From an uncultured Candidatus Saccharibacteria bacterium (GTDB lineage Bacteria > Patescibacteriota > Minisyncoccia > UBA6257 > 2-01-FULL-56-20), in NCBI GenBank assembly GCA_964361095.1, contig CAYHZA010000004.1:2236-66235 (forward strand): a stretch of 64,000 bases of DNA. The letters run 5' to 3'. Shown here piece by piece: positions 15,945-25,237 of the stretch. The translations under genes were made by a program, and so were the position numbers. Numbering within the stretch: position 1 is the stretch's first letter; each line of letters starts with the position of its first letter. Below the pieces are notes generated by a model, which worked only from the letters and a program-made list of their open reading frames with translations, ran no database searches and was not told the DNA's origin.

Positions 15945-18900
15945 ATGGCTTCTAAAAAAGGTGCTCGCAGAGATTTTTTCGGCGGAGAGCTCAATCTTCC
16001 CGCGCTCGAGAATAAAGTATTGGAATTCTGGCGCGACAATGCGATTTTCGAAAAAAGTCTCGCGTTGCGCAAAGGAAAAAAACGATTCGTATTCTACGAG
16101 GGCCCTCCTACGGCGAACGGCAGGCCGGGCATTCACCACGTGCTCGCGCGCGCGTTCAAGGACATTATTCTTCGCTATAAAACGATGCAGGGATTTTTCG
16201 TGCCGAGAAAAGGCGGGTGGGATACACACGGACTTCCCGTGGAACTTGAAGTCGAAAAAAAGCTCGGCCTGAAATCTAAAAAAGATATCGAGAAATTCGG
16301 CATCGCCGAGTTTAACAGGAAATGCAGAGAATCGGTCTGGCAGTACAAGGACGATTGGGAGAAATTGACCGAGCGGATGGGATTCTGGCTTGATTTCAAG
16401 GATCCCTATATCACTTACGAAACCGATTACATCGAAACGCTCTGGTGGATCATCAAAGAAGTTGCAAAGAAAAAACTTTTATATAAAGGTCACAAAGTGC
16501 TTCCTTGGTGCACGCGGTGCGGCACGTCACTTTCCTCACACGAATTGGGCCAGCCGGGCGCGTATCGTGAAGTTGTCGACAATTCGGTATACGTAAAATT
16601 CAAATTGAAACCGAATAATGCAAGGCGTGGTGTTGTGCAGCTAGGAAGCCACGAGTTTTCAAATATTAGTATTTTGTCTTGGACAACGACTCCCTGGACA
16701 TTGCCGGGAAATGTTGCGCTTGCGGTAGGGGAAAACATTCGGTATTCGGTTCGACATACAGGAAGCGAGGCATTTATTATGGCAGAAGATTCTCCATTGG
16801 GGCGTACTTTTGTTGGCAATATTGAAGAAACTGTACGCGGGAAGGATCTTGTTGGGTTAGAATACGAACCGCTTTTTGACATTCCAACTCTTCAAAACGA
16901 AAAATCTCATCGTATTTACGCCGCCGATTTTGTAACTACCAATGAAGGTACGGGTGTGGTGCATACGGCGGTGATGTACGGGGAAGACGACTATCAATTG
17001 GGCATAAAAGTGGGATTGCCCCAGCATCATACGGTCGACGAGATTGGGAAATTTACGGGCGAGGTTTCGGGTCTTGCGGGGTTGTATGTCAAAGCAAAGG
17101 AAGCGGAGGAGAAAATTTTTAAGCACCTTGATAAAAACGGAAATCTTTTTAAAATCGAACCATACAAACACGAGTACCCTCACTGCTGGCGATGTAATAC
17201 GCCGCTTCTCTACTACGCGCGGACGTCGTGGTTTGTGGCGATGACGAAAATCCGCGCCGCGCTCTTGAAGAATAATCAGGATATTAACTGGATTCCCGAA
17301 CATATAAAAACAGGCCGGTTCGGCGAGTGGTTGAGGGACATCAAGGACTGGAACTTCTCCCGCGAGCGTTATTGGGGTACGCCGCTTCCGATTTGGGAGT
17401 GCGCGAAATGCGGCACGCACGAAACAATCGGCGGCACCGAGGAGTTACACCGGCATTTGGGAGGCGCGCGGAATGAGTACTTCGTTATGCGTCACGGACA
17501 ATCGGAGACGCAGATAAAAAAGGTTATTGATTCCGGAGAAAAGCCTTACCATTTGACGACAATCGGAAGAGATCAAGTACGGCGCACGGCGTCAAAGCTT
17601 AGGGGCAAAATCGATTTGATTATTGCTTCGGACATTTTGCGTACCAAAGAAACCGCGGGAATCGTCGCGGAGGCGCTGGGGGCGAAGAAAATTATTTTTG
17701 ATCCGCGGTTGAGGGAAATCCGTGCCGGCATTTTTGCCGGATGCCACGCGGCAGAATATCATCGAGCATTCCCGACGCATCAGTCACGTTTTGAGGGCCG
17801 TCCCGAAGGCGGGGAGTCGCTCCGCGATTTGCGCGCGCGTCTGTGGGATTTTATGCGCGACATCGAAAAAAAATATTCCGGGAAAAAGATCCTTTTAATA
17901 AGTCATGAGTATCCGATCTGGATGCTTTTCCATGCGGCGGAGGGATGGAGTGAGAAAAAGGCGATCGCGGCAAAGCACGGTACGGAAGAGGATTTTATAA
18001 ACGTTGCCGAGGTGCGGAAGCTCGGGTTTAAAGCCGGACCGCGTAACGAGCTTGGGGAGTATGATTTACATCGCCCTTATATTGATGAGGTACGTTTTTC
18101 ATGCGGTAAGTGTAAAGGAGAAATGCGCCGCGTAAAAGAGTTGGCCGATGCCTGGTTTGATTCGGGTTCAATGCCGTTTGCAGAGGAGCACTATCCTTTC
18201 GGAAAACAGAAGCTTGTTTTTCCCGCCGATTATATTTCCGAAGGGATTGATCAGACGCGGGGATGGTTCTATACGCTTCTTGCCGTTGCTACACTTTTGG
18301 GCAAGGGGACTTCCTATAAGAACGTGGTGTGTTTGGGACTCATAAACGATAAGACCGGACAGAAGATGTCGAAGTCTAAGGGAAATATCGTAGACCCATG
18401 GGCGATGGCCGAAAAGCACGGGATGGACGCGGTAAGATGGTATTTTTACACCTTGAATCCTCCCGGTGAAATGAAGAATTTTGACGAGGTGGAGATCGCG
18501 AAGACATCCCGAAGATTCCACTCGATTCTCTATAACTCTTTTGTTTTTTATGAAACATATGCGGCACCGTCGGGTAAGCCGGTTGCGCGAGAGAGCAAAA
18601 ACGTGCTTGACCGATGGATTCTCACGCGATTGAACGAAACGATTTTTGAAACAAGCAAAGCACTTGATACGTACGCGATTCGTGAGGCGGCGCTTGCGAT
18701 CGAGGCATTCACCGACGATCTTTCGCGTTGGTATATTCGTCGCTCGCGGAGGCGTCTTCAAAAACCGGAGAGTACGATTGATTATGAAAATGCTTCGCGG
18801 ACGCTACGGCACGTACTCCTCGAAACCGCAAAGCTCGCCGCGCCGTTTTCTCCGTTTTTTGCGGAGGCCCTCTACGCGCGTTTTGAGGGTACTTCGGTCC

Positions 18901-19526
18901 ATTGTGTCGATTGGCCAACGACAAGTGACAAGCGACAAGTGTCCAGCGACAAGAAGTTACTTCGGGATATGGCGGAGGTACGTCGATTCGCGAGCGTCGG
19001 TCTTGCGAAGCGCGCCGAAGCGGGGATAAAGGTGCGCCAGCCGCTGGCTTCGCTGAAAATCTCGAAACAATCTCGAACGGCTAATTCTCGAATATTCGCG
19101 AATGATTCGAGATTATATGTTCGGGATTTATTAGCGATTCTCGCGGACGAGGTGAATGTGAAAGAGATAATTTTTGACTCGAAATTAAATCTGCCAACTG
19201 GCCCTGATGGTACCGTCGGGGCCGGCGGAGAAGTTGAGTTGGATACGGCAATCACACCGGAGCTTAAAGAGGAGGGAATTCTGCGCGAACTTGTGCGCGC
19301 GGTGCAGGATTTACGTCAGGCGGCGCGTTTTCGGCCGCAGGATAAGATAATGTTTATGATCGATGTGCCCATAGGATTGCGTGACATCGTTATAAAAAAC
19401 GAGATTGTGTTCAAAAAAGAAATTGGCGCAAAGCAGATCGAGTATAAGAAATCAGAGAAGTTTGACGCGGAGATAAATACAAAAATAGATAACCAAGCCA
19501 TCTGGCTTGGGGTGCGGAAGATTTAA
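15945..19526 (+). CDS. ileS: Isoleucine--tRNA ligase (type 2) with an inserted histidine-phosphatase domain
   Basis: EGPPTANGRPGIHH, GWDTHGLP, WTTTPWTLPGN, EGIDQTRGWF and KMSKS. Inserted RHGQSE domain. Exact start uncertain (15897-15945). Confidence 0.95.
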   Translation: MASKKGARRDFFGGELNLPALENKVLEFWRDNAIFEKSLALRKGKKRFVFYEGPPTANGRPGIHHVLARAFKDIILRYKTMQGFFVPRKGGWDTHGLPVELEVEKKLGLKSKKDIEKFGIAEFNRKCRESVWQYKDDWEKLTERMGFWLDFKDPYITYETDYIETLWWIIKEVAKKKLLYKGHKVLPWCTRCGTSLSSHELGQPGAYREVVDNSVYVKFKLKPNNARRGVVQLGSHEFSNISILSWTTTPWTLPGNVALAVGENIRYSVRHTGSEAFIMAEDSPLGRTFVGNIEETVRGKDLVGLEYEPLFDIPTLQNEKSHRIYAADFVTTNEGTGVVHTAVMYGEDDYQLGIKVGLPQHHTVDEIGKFTGEVSGLAGLYVKAKEAEEKIFKHLDKNGNLFKIEPYKHEYPHCWRCNTPLLYYARTSWFVAMTKIRAALLKNNQDINWIPEHIKTGRFGEWLRDIKDWNFSRERYWGTPLPIWECAKCGTHETIGGTEELHRHLGGARNEYFVMRHGQSETQIKKVIDSGEKPYHLTTIGRDQVRRTASKLRGKIDLIIASDILRTKETAGIVAEALGAKKIIFDPRLREIRAGIFAGCHAAEYHRAFPTHQSRFEGRPEGGESLRDLRARLWDFMRDIEKKYSGKKILLISHEYPIWMLFHAAEGWSEKKAIAAKHGTEEDFINVAEVRKLGFKAGPRNELGEYDLHRPYIDEVRFSCGKCKGEMRRVKELADAWFDSGSMPFAEEHYPFGKQKLVFPADYISEGIDQTRGWFYTLLAVATLLGKGTSYKNVVCLGLINDKTGQKMSKSKGNIVDPWAMAEKHGMDAVRWYFYTLNPPGEMKNFDEVEIAKTSRRFHSILYNSFVFYETYAAPSGKPVARESKNVLDRWILTRLNETIFETSKALDTYAIREAALAIEAFTDDLSRWYIRRSRRRLQKPESTIDYENASRTLRHVLLETAKLAAPFSPFFAEALYARFEGTSVHCVDWPTTSDKRQVSSDKKLLRDMAEVRRFASVGLAKRAEAGIKVRQPLASLKISKQSRTANSRIFANDSRLYVRDLLAILADEVNVKEIIFDSKLNLPTGPDGTVGAGGEVELDTAITPELKEEGILRELVRAVQDLRQAARFRPQDKIMFMIDVPIGLRDIVIKNEIVFKKEIGAKQIEYKKSEKFDAEINTKIDNQAIWLGVRKI
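18919..18953 (+). repeat. 5 x 7-nt tandem repeat inside ileS
   Basis: cgacaag tgacaag cgacaag tgtccag cgacaag. Confidence 0.75.
19069..19128. repeat. Nested palindrome inside ileS
   Basis: AATCTCGAAC..TCTCGAAT-ATTCGCGAAT-g-ATTCGAGA..GTTCGGGATT. Confidence 0.7.
19190..19229. repeat. GC-rich hairpin inside ileS
   Basis: TCTGCC..GGCCCTGATGG-ta-CCGTCGGGGCC-GGCGGA. Confidence 0.65.
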
Positions 19527-19535
19527 CGAGATAAA

Positions 19536-19635
19536 ACCCCGTTAGATCCCGAAAGCTTCAATTTCCGTACCGGAAGCAAAAGAAATGTTTCTTCGTAGCT
19601 CGACAGATGCTGTACCCCCCTGGATCTAACGGGGT
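19536..19635. repeat. 100-bp MITE/REP-like element
   Basis: 14-bp terminal inverted repeat ACCCCGTTAGATCC / GGATCTAACGGGGT. Confidence 0.8.
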
Positions 19636-19703
19636 AAAAAAATAGCGCACGATTAATTGTGCGCTATGATATTTTTGTTTTTGGCAGTTCCTCCTCTTAT
19701 GAG

Positions 19704-20906
19704 TTACCGCGATGGGTGAACTCCTTGGTGCACGTCGTCGATCTCGGGAGCCGAGCCGCCTTTCACGAATCTTTGATCGAACTCCGTTGCTTCGGGCATG
19801 TCCTTGTCTTTCTCATTGAACGGAGCCGACGAGAAACAGTCAAATTGCGGATAGGGCTTCGTGAAGACGAAGCGATGGGCCGTGTAACGTGGGATTCGGA
19901 GTGCGACCATGGGAGCGATCTTATACTCGGCTTGCGGACCACAACGTTTTCCTTCGGAGTCGACGGAGTAGGTGAGGACGACGCCTTCGGCATCTCGGAA
20001 GAGAAACACCTCTTCTTTATTCCGGTGGTAATGGTTGCCGAGTGGCTTCTCGATGCCCGATTTTCCGTCGAAGCATTGGACCGAGCCGTTTGCAAAGTCA
20101 TACTCGTAAATGTCCCGCCGGCTGTCCGAACTCACTCGTTCGAGTCGTCCTGCTTCGATACTACTCCTTGTGACTTTCCAGTAGTAATTTCCGAGCGCTT
20201 GTCGGATGTCGTCCTCGACGCGGTTCGCGTCACCAGTTGCTTCCGCTATCTCGTTGCCGAGTTCACGGATGTAGTTCACAAAAAAGAGCAGTCGGCCGTG
20301 ATTTACGAGCGCCCGTGCCTTCTCCGAGGGCAACATCCCGTACCACTCGAGAATCCGGAAGAGATCATTGTAACAACTCCGGAGCTTTCCTTCGTCGGTT
20401 GAGGAGTAGCCGAAGGGATACTGGGGATCGTAGGGAAGCAAGTCGTTTCCGCGGAAGGCGGCTGATGCCATGATTCCCAGTGGGCCCATGCGGTCGAGCT
20501 TGTCGGCAATCCGAAGCGCCGTGAGGAGCGTCGAATCGCTTGGATCGTCATCCTTCTTGGGGTGCTGGAGTACGGCGTCAACGATGCGAATCTTTGTTTC
20601 TTCTTCAAATGGACTGTCCAAGAGAAATCCGAGACAGATTGCCCCGAGGGAGATGCCCGTCCGTTGGATGCGGGTCTTGGTTTCGGGATTTCGGTCCACG
20701 TTGTGGAGCCAGACGGCTGCCACGTACTCGTCGGAGTTGAAGTTGAGGATGGTAGCGATCTTCGGTCCCATCACTTCCATTCTCTCCACGTGGGTTACGT
20801 CATGACCTCCAAGGCACGCGGGCGGCGTGTAGCGAGGACGGAGCTGATTCTTGAGATGCGCGAGGAACGTTTGTCGTGGGGTGAGCCTTGTGTTTGAAAC
20901 TGACAC
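19704..20906 (-). CDS. HD-superfamily domain fused to a WxcM/FdtA-like cupin
   Basis: GHDVTHV..LHNVDR..H..ADKLD, then GNHYH..EEVF..IPRYTAH. GTG start after a GAGGAGG SD, with a TTGACA-17-TATAAT promoter. Confidence 0.75.
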   Translation of the reverse strand: MSVSNTRLTPRQTFLAHLKNQLRPRYTPPACLGGHDVTHVERMEVMGPKIATILNFNSDEYVAAVWLHNVDRNPETKTRIQRTGISLGAICLGFLLDSPFEEETKIRIVDAVLQHPKKDDDPSDSTLLTALRIADKLDRMGPLGIMASAAFRGNDLLPYDPQYPFGYSSTDEGKLRSCYNDLFRILEWYGMLPSEKARALVNHGRLLFFVNYIRELGNEIAEATGDANRVEDDIRQALGNYYWKVTRSSIEAGRLERVSSDSRRDIYEYDFANGSVQCFDGKSGIEKPLGNHYHRNKEEVFLFRDAEGVVLTYSVDSEGKRCGPQAEYKIAPMVALRIPRYTAHRFVFTKPYPQFDCFSSAPFNEKDKDMPEATEFDQRFVKGGSAPEIDDVHQGVHPSR

Positions 20907-21021
20907 TGGCAACCTCCTCTCTTATCTTACGGTTGGTTGTCAAATTGGTAAGTGGAAACTACACCAAAAACTTTACCCATTATACATCGACAAAAGTTTT
21001 TTGTCAAATTCAACCCCAGGG

Positions 21022-22062
21022 TTAGAGCGAAATCCCGATCTTCTTTTTGATTTCGCCGATTTTTCGAGCAGCAACTTTACCGGCTTTCTTGGAGCCGGAG
21101 GTCAATATAGTTTTCAAAGCGGATGATTTTCCCGCGAGAGCTTTCTTCTTTTTGCGATAGTCGGCGAAGTGGAGGATGACGAGTTCCGCGAGATCGGTTT
21201 TGAATTCGGAGTACGTTTTTCCCGTATATTTTTTCTCGAGTTTTTGCATGTTCTCGCCGCTTATCGAAGAGTAAATTTTCAAAAGATTGCTTATCGCGGG
21301 TTTTTTCTCTTCGTCGTATTTTATTTCGTTGCCGGAGTCGGTTACGGCACGTTTGATTTTCTCGCGAACAATCTCGGGCGCGTCTTCGAGAAAGAGGCAT
21401 CCCGCGGGCATGGACTTCGACATTTTTTTAGCTGGATCGTTCAGGCTCATCACGCGGGGCGTCGCGGTATGGAGCGAGTTCGGTTCCGAAAACGTTTTTC
21501 CGAATTTCGCGTTGAATTTACGCGCAAGTGTGCGCGTGAGTTCAAGGTGTTGGTCCTGGTCGTCGCCTACAGGTACGAATTTCGCATCATAGAGAAGAAT
21601 GTCGGCGGCCATGAGGACTGGATATTCGGCCAGCCCAAAATTCGATGCCTCAACAACTTCTTCGAATTTTTCTTTTGTGATTTTTTCTCTTTCGCCTGGT
21701 TTCAGGGCTTGCAATACTTTTTCTTTGAACGCTGTCATGCGGAGTAACTCGCTTACGGGCGTAAGTGTGCTCAAAATCCACTTGAGCTCCTGGAGAGGTT
21801 CAATCTGCGATTGCTGAAATATAATTGATTTTTTTGGATCAAGTCCTATGGCTAAAAAGTCAGCTGCAAGACTTATGGTGTTCGTGGTTAAGTCTTTTGC
21901 GGTAGGATTTTCTGTAAGCGCATGCAGGTCCGCAATAAAAAAATAACACTGGTATTTGCCGGAGTTCTGCAGATCAACAAAGTTTTTTAACGCGCCCAGG
22001 TAATTTCCGATATGGAGTTTTCCTGTGGGTTGTATGCCGGAGACGAGAACGGGTTTTGCCAT
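21022..22062 (-). CDS. trpS: Tryptophan--tRNA ligase
   Basis: SGIQPTGKLHIGNY, YPVLMAADI, VPVGDDQDQH and KMSKS. Confidence 0.97.
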   Translation of the reverse strand: MAKPVLVSGIQPTGKLHIGNYLGALKNFVDLQNSGKYQCYFFIADLHALTENPTAKDLTTNTISLAADFLAIGLDPKKSIIFQQSQIEPLQELKWILSTLTPVSELLRMTAFKEKVLQALKPGEREKITKEKFEEVVEASNFGLAEYPVLMAADILLYDAKFVPVGDDQDQHLELTRTLARKFNAKFGKTFSEPNSLHTATPRVMSLNDPAKKMSKSMPAGCLFLEDAPEIVREKIKRAVTDSGNEIKYDEEKKPAISNLLKIYSSISGENMQKLEKKYTGKTYSEFKTDLAELVILHFADYRKKKKALAGKSSALKTILTSGSKKAGKVAARKIGEIKKKIGISL

Positions 22063-23831
22063 TAGATCTCGATGACGACCGATAATATCATTGGTCGCCG
22101 TCGGGTTTTATTATACAGGAATTGGCCGATTTGGTCTCGGATCAAGGTTTTTAAGTAGTCGTTTTCGGGAGATCGGTTATTCGGAAGACGCGAGAAGAGT
22201 CCCCGGACGCGTTTTCTGATGTCTTCGAGGACGCCCTGATTTTCCTTAAGGTGGATAAAACCGCGGGAGATGATGTCGGGGTTTTTAAGGAGTCCGCCTT
22301 TGTTGCGATCAATGGTCATGATGATTACCACCATTCCTTCCTTCGCGAGAGTGAGCCGATCTTGGAGGACGATTTCTTTTACGTCGCCAACGCCCAGACC
22401 GTCCACCATGACATAGAAGGCGGGAACGGTTTCTTTGGTTACCAGGAGGCTATTCGGCGTAAGTTCCGCGACTTGGCCATTATCCATCATGATGACGCTG
22501 TCGCGTTTCAGCCCTGCTTCAGCGGCAAGTTTCTGATAGCTTTTTCTTTTGAAGTAATATCCGTGGATGGGTATGATGAATTTTGGCTTCACGCGTTGGA
22601 GTACCAATTTTATATCCTCAGCGTGTACGTGTCCGCTTGCGTGAATGTCGAGAAGTTTTGAGTTGTAGATTTCGTCGACTTGGCGAGCGATATTATCTTG
22701 AAGCGATTGCACGCTTCGTTCGTTGCCCGGAACGACGGATGAAGAGAAAACGACGGTGTCGGTTTGTTTTAACCGTACGACACGGTGCTCTCCGTTTACG
22801 ATGCGCATGAGTCCCGCGTTCGCTTCTCCTTGGGCGCCGGTTGTAAGAATAATAATTTTGTCGTCTCTGTGTTTATTGATATCTTCCAGCGGAATCACAT
22901 GATCTTTCCGTTCTTTGAGATAGCCCAATGACTTCGCAATTTCGAGGTTGTCCTTCATGGAGCGTCCGTTGACGGCTATTTTTCGTCCGAGTCGGTCGGC
23001 GATTTTAATAATTTCAAGAAGCCGGTCAACAAGCGATGCGAACGTCGCGATAATAATGCGACCCTTCGCATTTTTGATGAGCATTTCGAGATTTGCCTCG
23101 ACAGTTTCTTCTGATGGTACGTGACCCGCGATATCCGCGTTCGTGCTGTCCATAAACGCCGTGTGAATTCCTTTTTTACCGACGCGATCGAAGATTTCGA
23201 GATGTTGAGGCACTCCTTCTTTTGTGTAATCTATGCGGAAGTCTCCGAAGCTCGCCATGTTGCCCGCGGGCGTTTCAAGGAGAAATCCATACGCCTGAGG
23301 AATAGTGTGTTCCACTACGAAAAATTCCGCCGTGAAATTTTCCGAAATCTTCACGCGATCGCCGTCTTTTACGGTTATAAATTTAAGCTTAGGCGCGTTG
23401 GTGAACTCGGCATGCCGTTTTTCCACGATGGCCCGAGTGAATTCCGACGTGTATATAATCGGATTTCCCAGTTTTTCGATAAGATAATGAATGGCGGCGA
23501 TGTGATCGTAATGGCCGTGCGTCAAGATGATCGCTTGGATATTCTTTTTCTTTGCTTCAAGATAGGTGACGTTCGGAATAATATAGTCAACGCCGGGCGT
23601 CGACTCTTCGGGGAATTGAATGCCGACATCAACAATAACGATTTCGTTTTTGTATTCGAAAAACGAGCAATTGCGGCCGATTTCTTCAAGACCCCCTAAG
23701 GGAATAAAGCGGACGGCGTTTTCCGATCCGGTCGGTCCTACCGGGCGCGTTGTTTTTCGGACACGAGAATCCATATCGGGTGTTCGATGTGTTTTTGGCA
23801 TTTCATGCCGTGTGAATGTTTTTTTTATCAT
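22062..23831 (-). CDS. rnj: Ribonuclease J
   Basis: PLGGLEEIGRN, THGHYDH, DSTNA, HASGH and IPIHG. Confidence 0.96.
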   Translation of the reverse strand: MIKKTFTRHEMPKTHRTPDMDSRVRKTTRPVGPTGSENAVRFIPLGGLEEIGRNCSFFEYKNEIVIVDVGIQFPEESTPGVDYIIPNVTYLEAKKKNIQAIILTHGHYDHIAAIHYLIEKLGNPIIYTSEFTRAIVEKRHAEFTNAPKLKFITVKDGDRVKISENFTAEFFVVEHTIPQAYGFLLETPAGNMASFGDFRIDYTKEGVPQHLEIFDRVGKKGIHTAFMDSTNADIAGHVPSEETVEANLEMLIKNAKGRIIIATFASLVDRLLEIIKIADRLGRKIAVNGRSMKDNLEIAKSLGYLKERKDHVIPLEDINKHRDDKIIILTTGAQGEANAGLMRIVNGEHRVVRLKQTDTVVFSSSVVPGNERSVQSLQDNIARQVDEIYNSKLLDIHASGHVHAEDIKLVLQRVKPKFIIPIHGYYFKRKSYQKLAAEAGLKRDSVIMMDNGQVAELTPNSLLVTKETVPAFYVMVDGLGVGDVKEIVLQDRLTLAKEGMVVIIMTIDRNKGGLLKNPDIISRGFIHLKENQGVLEDIRKRVRGLFSRLPNNRSPENDYLKTLIRDQIGQFLYNKTRRRPMILSVVIEI

Positions 23832-23881
23832 AGAGTATATTGTGCTTATTTTTTTGACGTTTTTATGTATGGTTTTTTACT

Positions 23882-24044
23882 TGGTGCTGAGGAGGAGAAT
23901 TTCACTACTCGCTTCGCTGCGTTTTAAAACCCATCGGTTTTAATATTTCCCTGCCTGACGGCCGGCAGGCGCCACGGGGAAACTCCCGTTTCCCCTGCCG
24001 GCCGTCAGGCAGGCCGGCCCCTTTCCCAGTTCAAATCTTCCCAC
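23882..24044 (-). repeat. tRNA-3'-end-derived repeat carrying two inverted 20-bp CCTGCC...GGCAGG palindromes
   Basis: Degenerate copy of the tRNA-Leu 3' end (AAATTCTCCTCCTCAGCACCA) and an inverted T-arm copy (24030-24044). CCTGCCTGACGGCCGGCAGG at 23950 has its exact reverse complement at 23994. Confidence 0.7.
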
Positions 24045-24104
24045 GAGGTGTAGTAGTTTTATTGTTTTTCTTTTGATGTTTTTTCATCGTCATAAGTCTG
24101 TATA

Positions 24105-24191
24105 TGGTGCCGAGGGGGAGATTTGAACTCCCACGCTCTTGCGAGCACAGCGCTCTGAACGCTGCGTGTCTGCCGGTTTCACCACCTCGGC
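24105..24191 (-). tRNA. tRNA-Leu(CAG)
   Basis: GCCGAGG..CAGCG-TTCAGAG-CGCTG..long variable arm..GTTCAAATC..CCTCGGCACCA. Confidence 0.97.
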
Positions 24192-24250
24192 CTTTATATG
24201 GGTCATGTTCTCGAAAGATCGGCGCAAAGATTTTTTACAAATATTTTCGC

Positions 24251-25237
24251 CTATCCCGCTTTCTTCATTAAGCTTTTCAGCGTGTCGATGATCTTCGTTT
24301 CTTTAGGATCAACGCTGTTGTAGCGGGCGAGAAAATACGTGGTCCAGTCGGCAAGCATGGTCATTTCCCAAATGTTTTCGAGGCGGCTTTGTCCGGTAAG
24401 TTTTATATTAAAAGTTTTTACGCCTTGTTTTTTTGCGAGTGCTTCCGTGATGCTGAATTTTTTTTGAAGTCGTGGGTGGCGCGTGTCGTGTATAAAAAGC
24501 GCGGCGGCAGGATAGGTTAACTTATCGAAGCTTACAATTTCGTTGTGATTCATTTCCGGCAAGACATTCGCGAATGCGAGCATCTTTGCGGTTTCGTTGC
24601 ATTTTATTTTCCAAATATAGCCTGCTACTCCGTATTCTTGATCGGTGTAAATGAGAATGACTCGTTTTTGGAGTTGGTCCGCAAGCGCTTTGCCTTTTGT
24701 TTTATAGTGTTGTGGGTTGAGATGCGTAAATGATTTCGATTGGAGAATGTGTCCTGAAGAACGGAGAATTTTAATTAAGCTATAGAACATACTACCAGCT
24801 GATTGACGTGGTGTCAAGGTGTCGGGTCGGAAAGTCACTAACGGTACGTGATGTTGCCGGGCAAGTTTTTCGAGTTCTCCTCCTGTCGCAATTGCCGCAA
24901 TGCGCCGGTTCGGATCCTTCTTTTTAAAAATAGTTTTAAAGCCTGAGAGGGTTTCTTCGGTATTACCCGAAAAAGAACAAAATATGAAAAGTGTCCTTTC
25001 GATTTTTATAGGAGAAGGGGGTAGGCCATAGTCTTTCCATACTTCGATTTTCGCCCGAAGATTAAGCTCCTGCGCGGTTGTGGAGATCACGTCGCCGGCG
25101 ATGCCCGATCCTCCCATGCCGATAATCACAATACGCGCCGGTTTGAAGCGCGCGAGACGGTCGAGATCGAATCCCGAAAGCCCCTCCTCGTTTAGTTGGG
25201 TATTGAACGCTTTAATATTCTTTTCGTAATCGTCCAT
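24251..25237 (-). CDS. Bifunctional phosphoglucose/phosphomannose isomerase (SIS)
   Basis: GMGGSGIAGD, SFSGNTEET, NETAK and PEMNHNE. Confidence 0.9.
   Translation of the reverse strand: MDDYEKNIKAFNTQLNEEGLSGFDLDRLARFKPARIVIIGMGGSGIAGDVISTTAQELNLRAKIEVWKDYGLPPSPIKIERTLFIFCSFSGNTEETLSGFKTIFKKKDPNRRIAAIATGGELEKLARQHHVPLVTFRPDTLTPRQSAGSMFYSLIKILRSSGHILQSKSFTHLNPQHYKTKGKALADQLQKRVILIYTDQEYGVAGYIWKIKCNETAKMLAFANVLPEMNHNEIVSFDKLTYPAAALFIHDTRHPRLQKKFSITEALAKKQGVKTFNIKLTGQSRLENIWEMTMLADWTTYFLARYNSVDPKETKIIDTLKSLMKKAG

Noticed and set aside
19659-20402. 247-aa plus-strand ORF and other long antisense ORFs (e.g. 6379-7185, 8730-9341, 47728-48489)
   Set aside because: These are shadows of well-supported opposite-strand genes and carry no motifs of their own.
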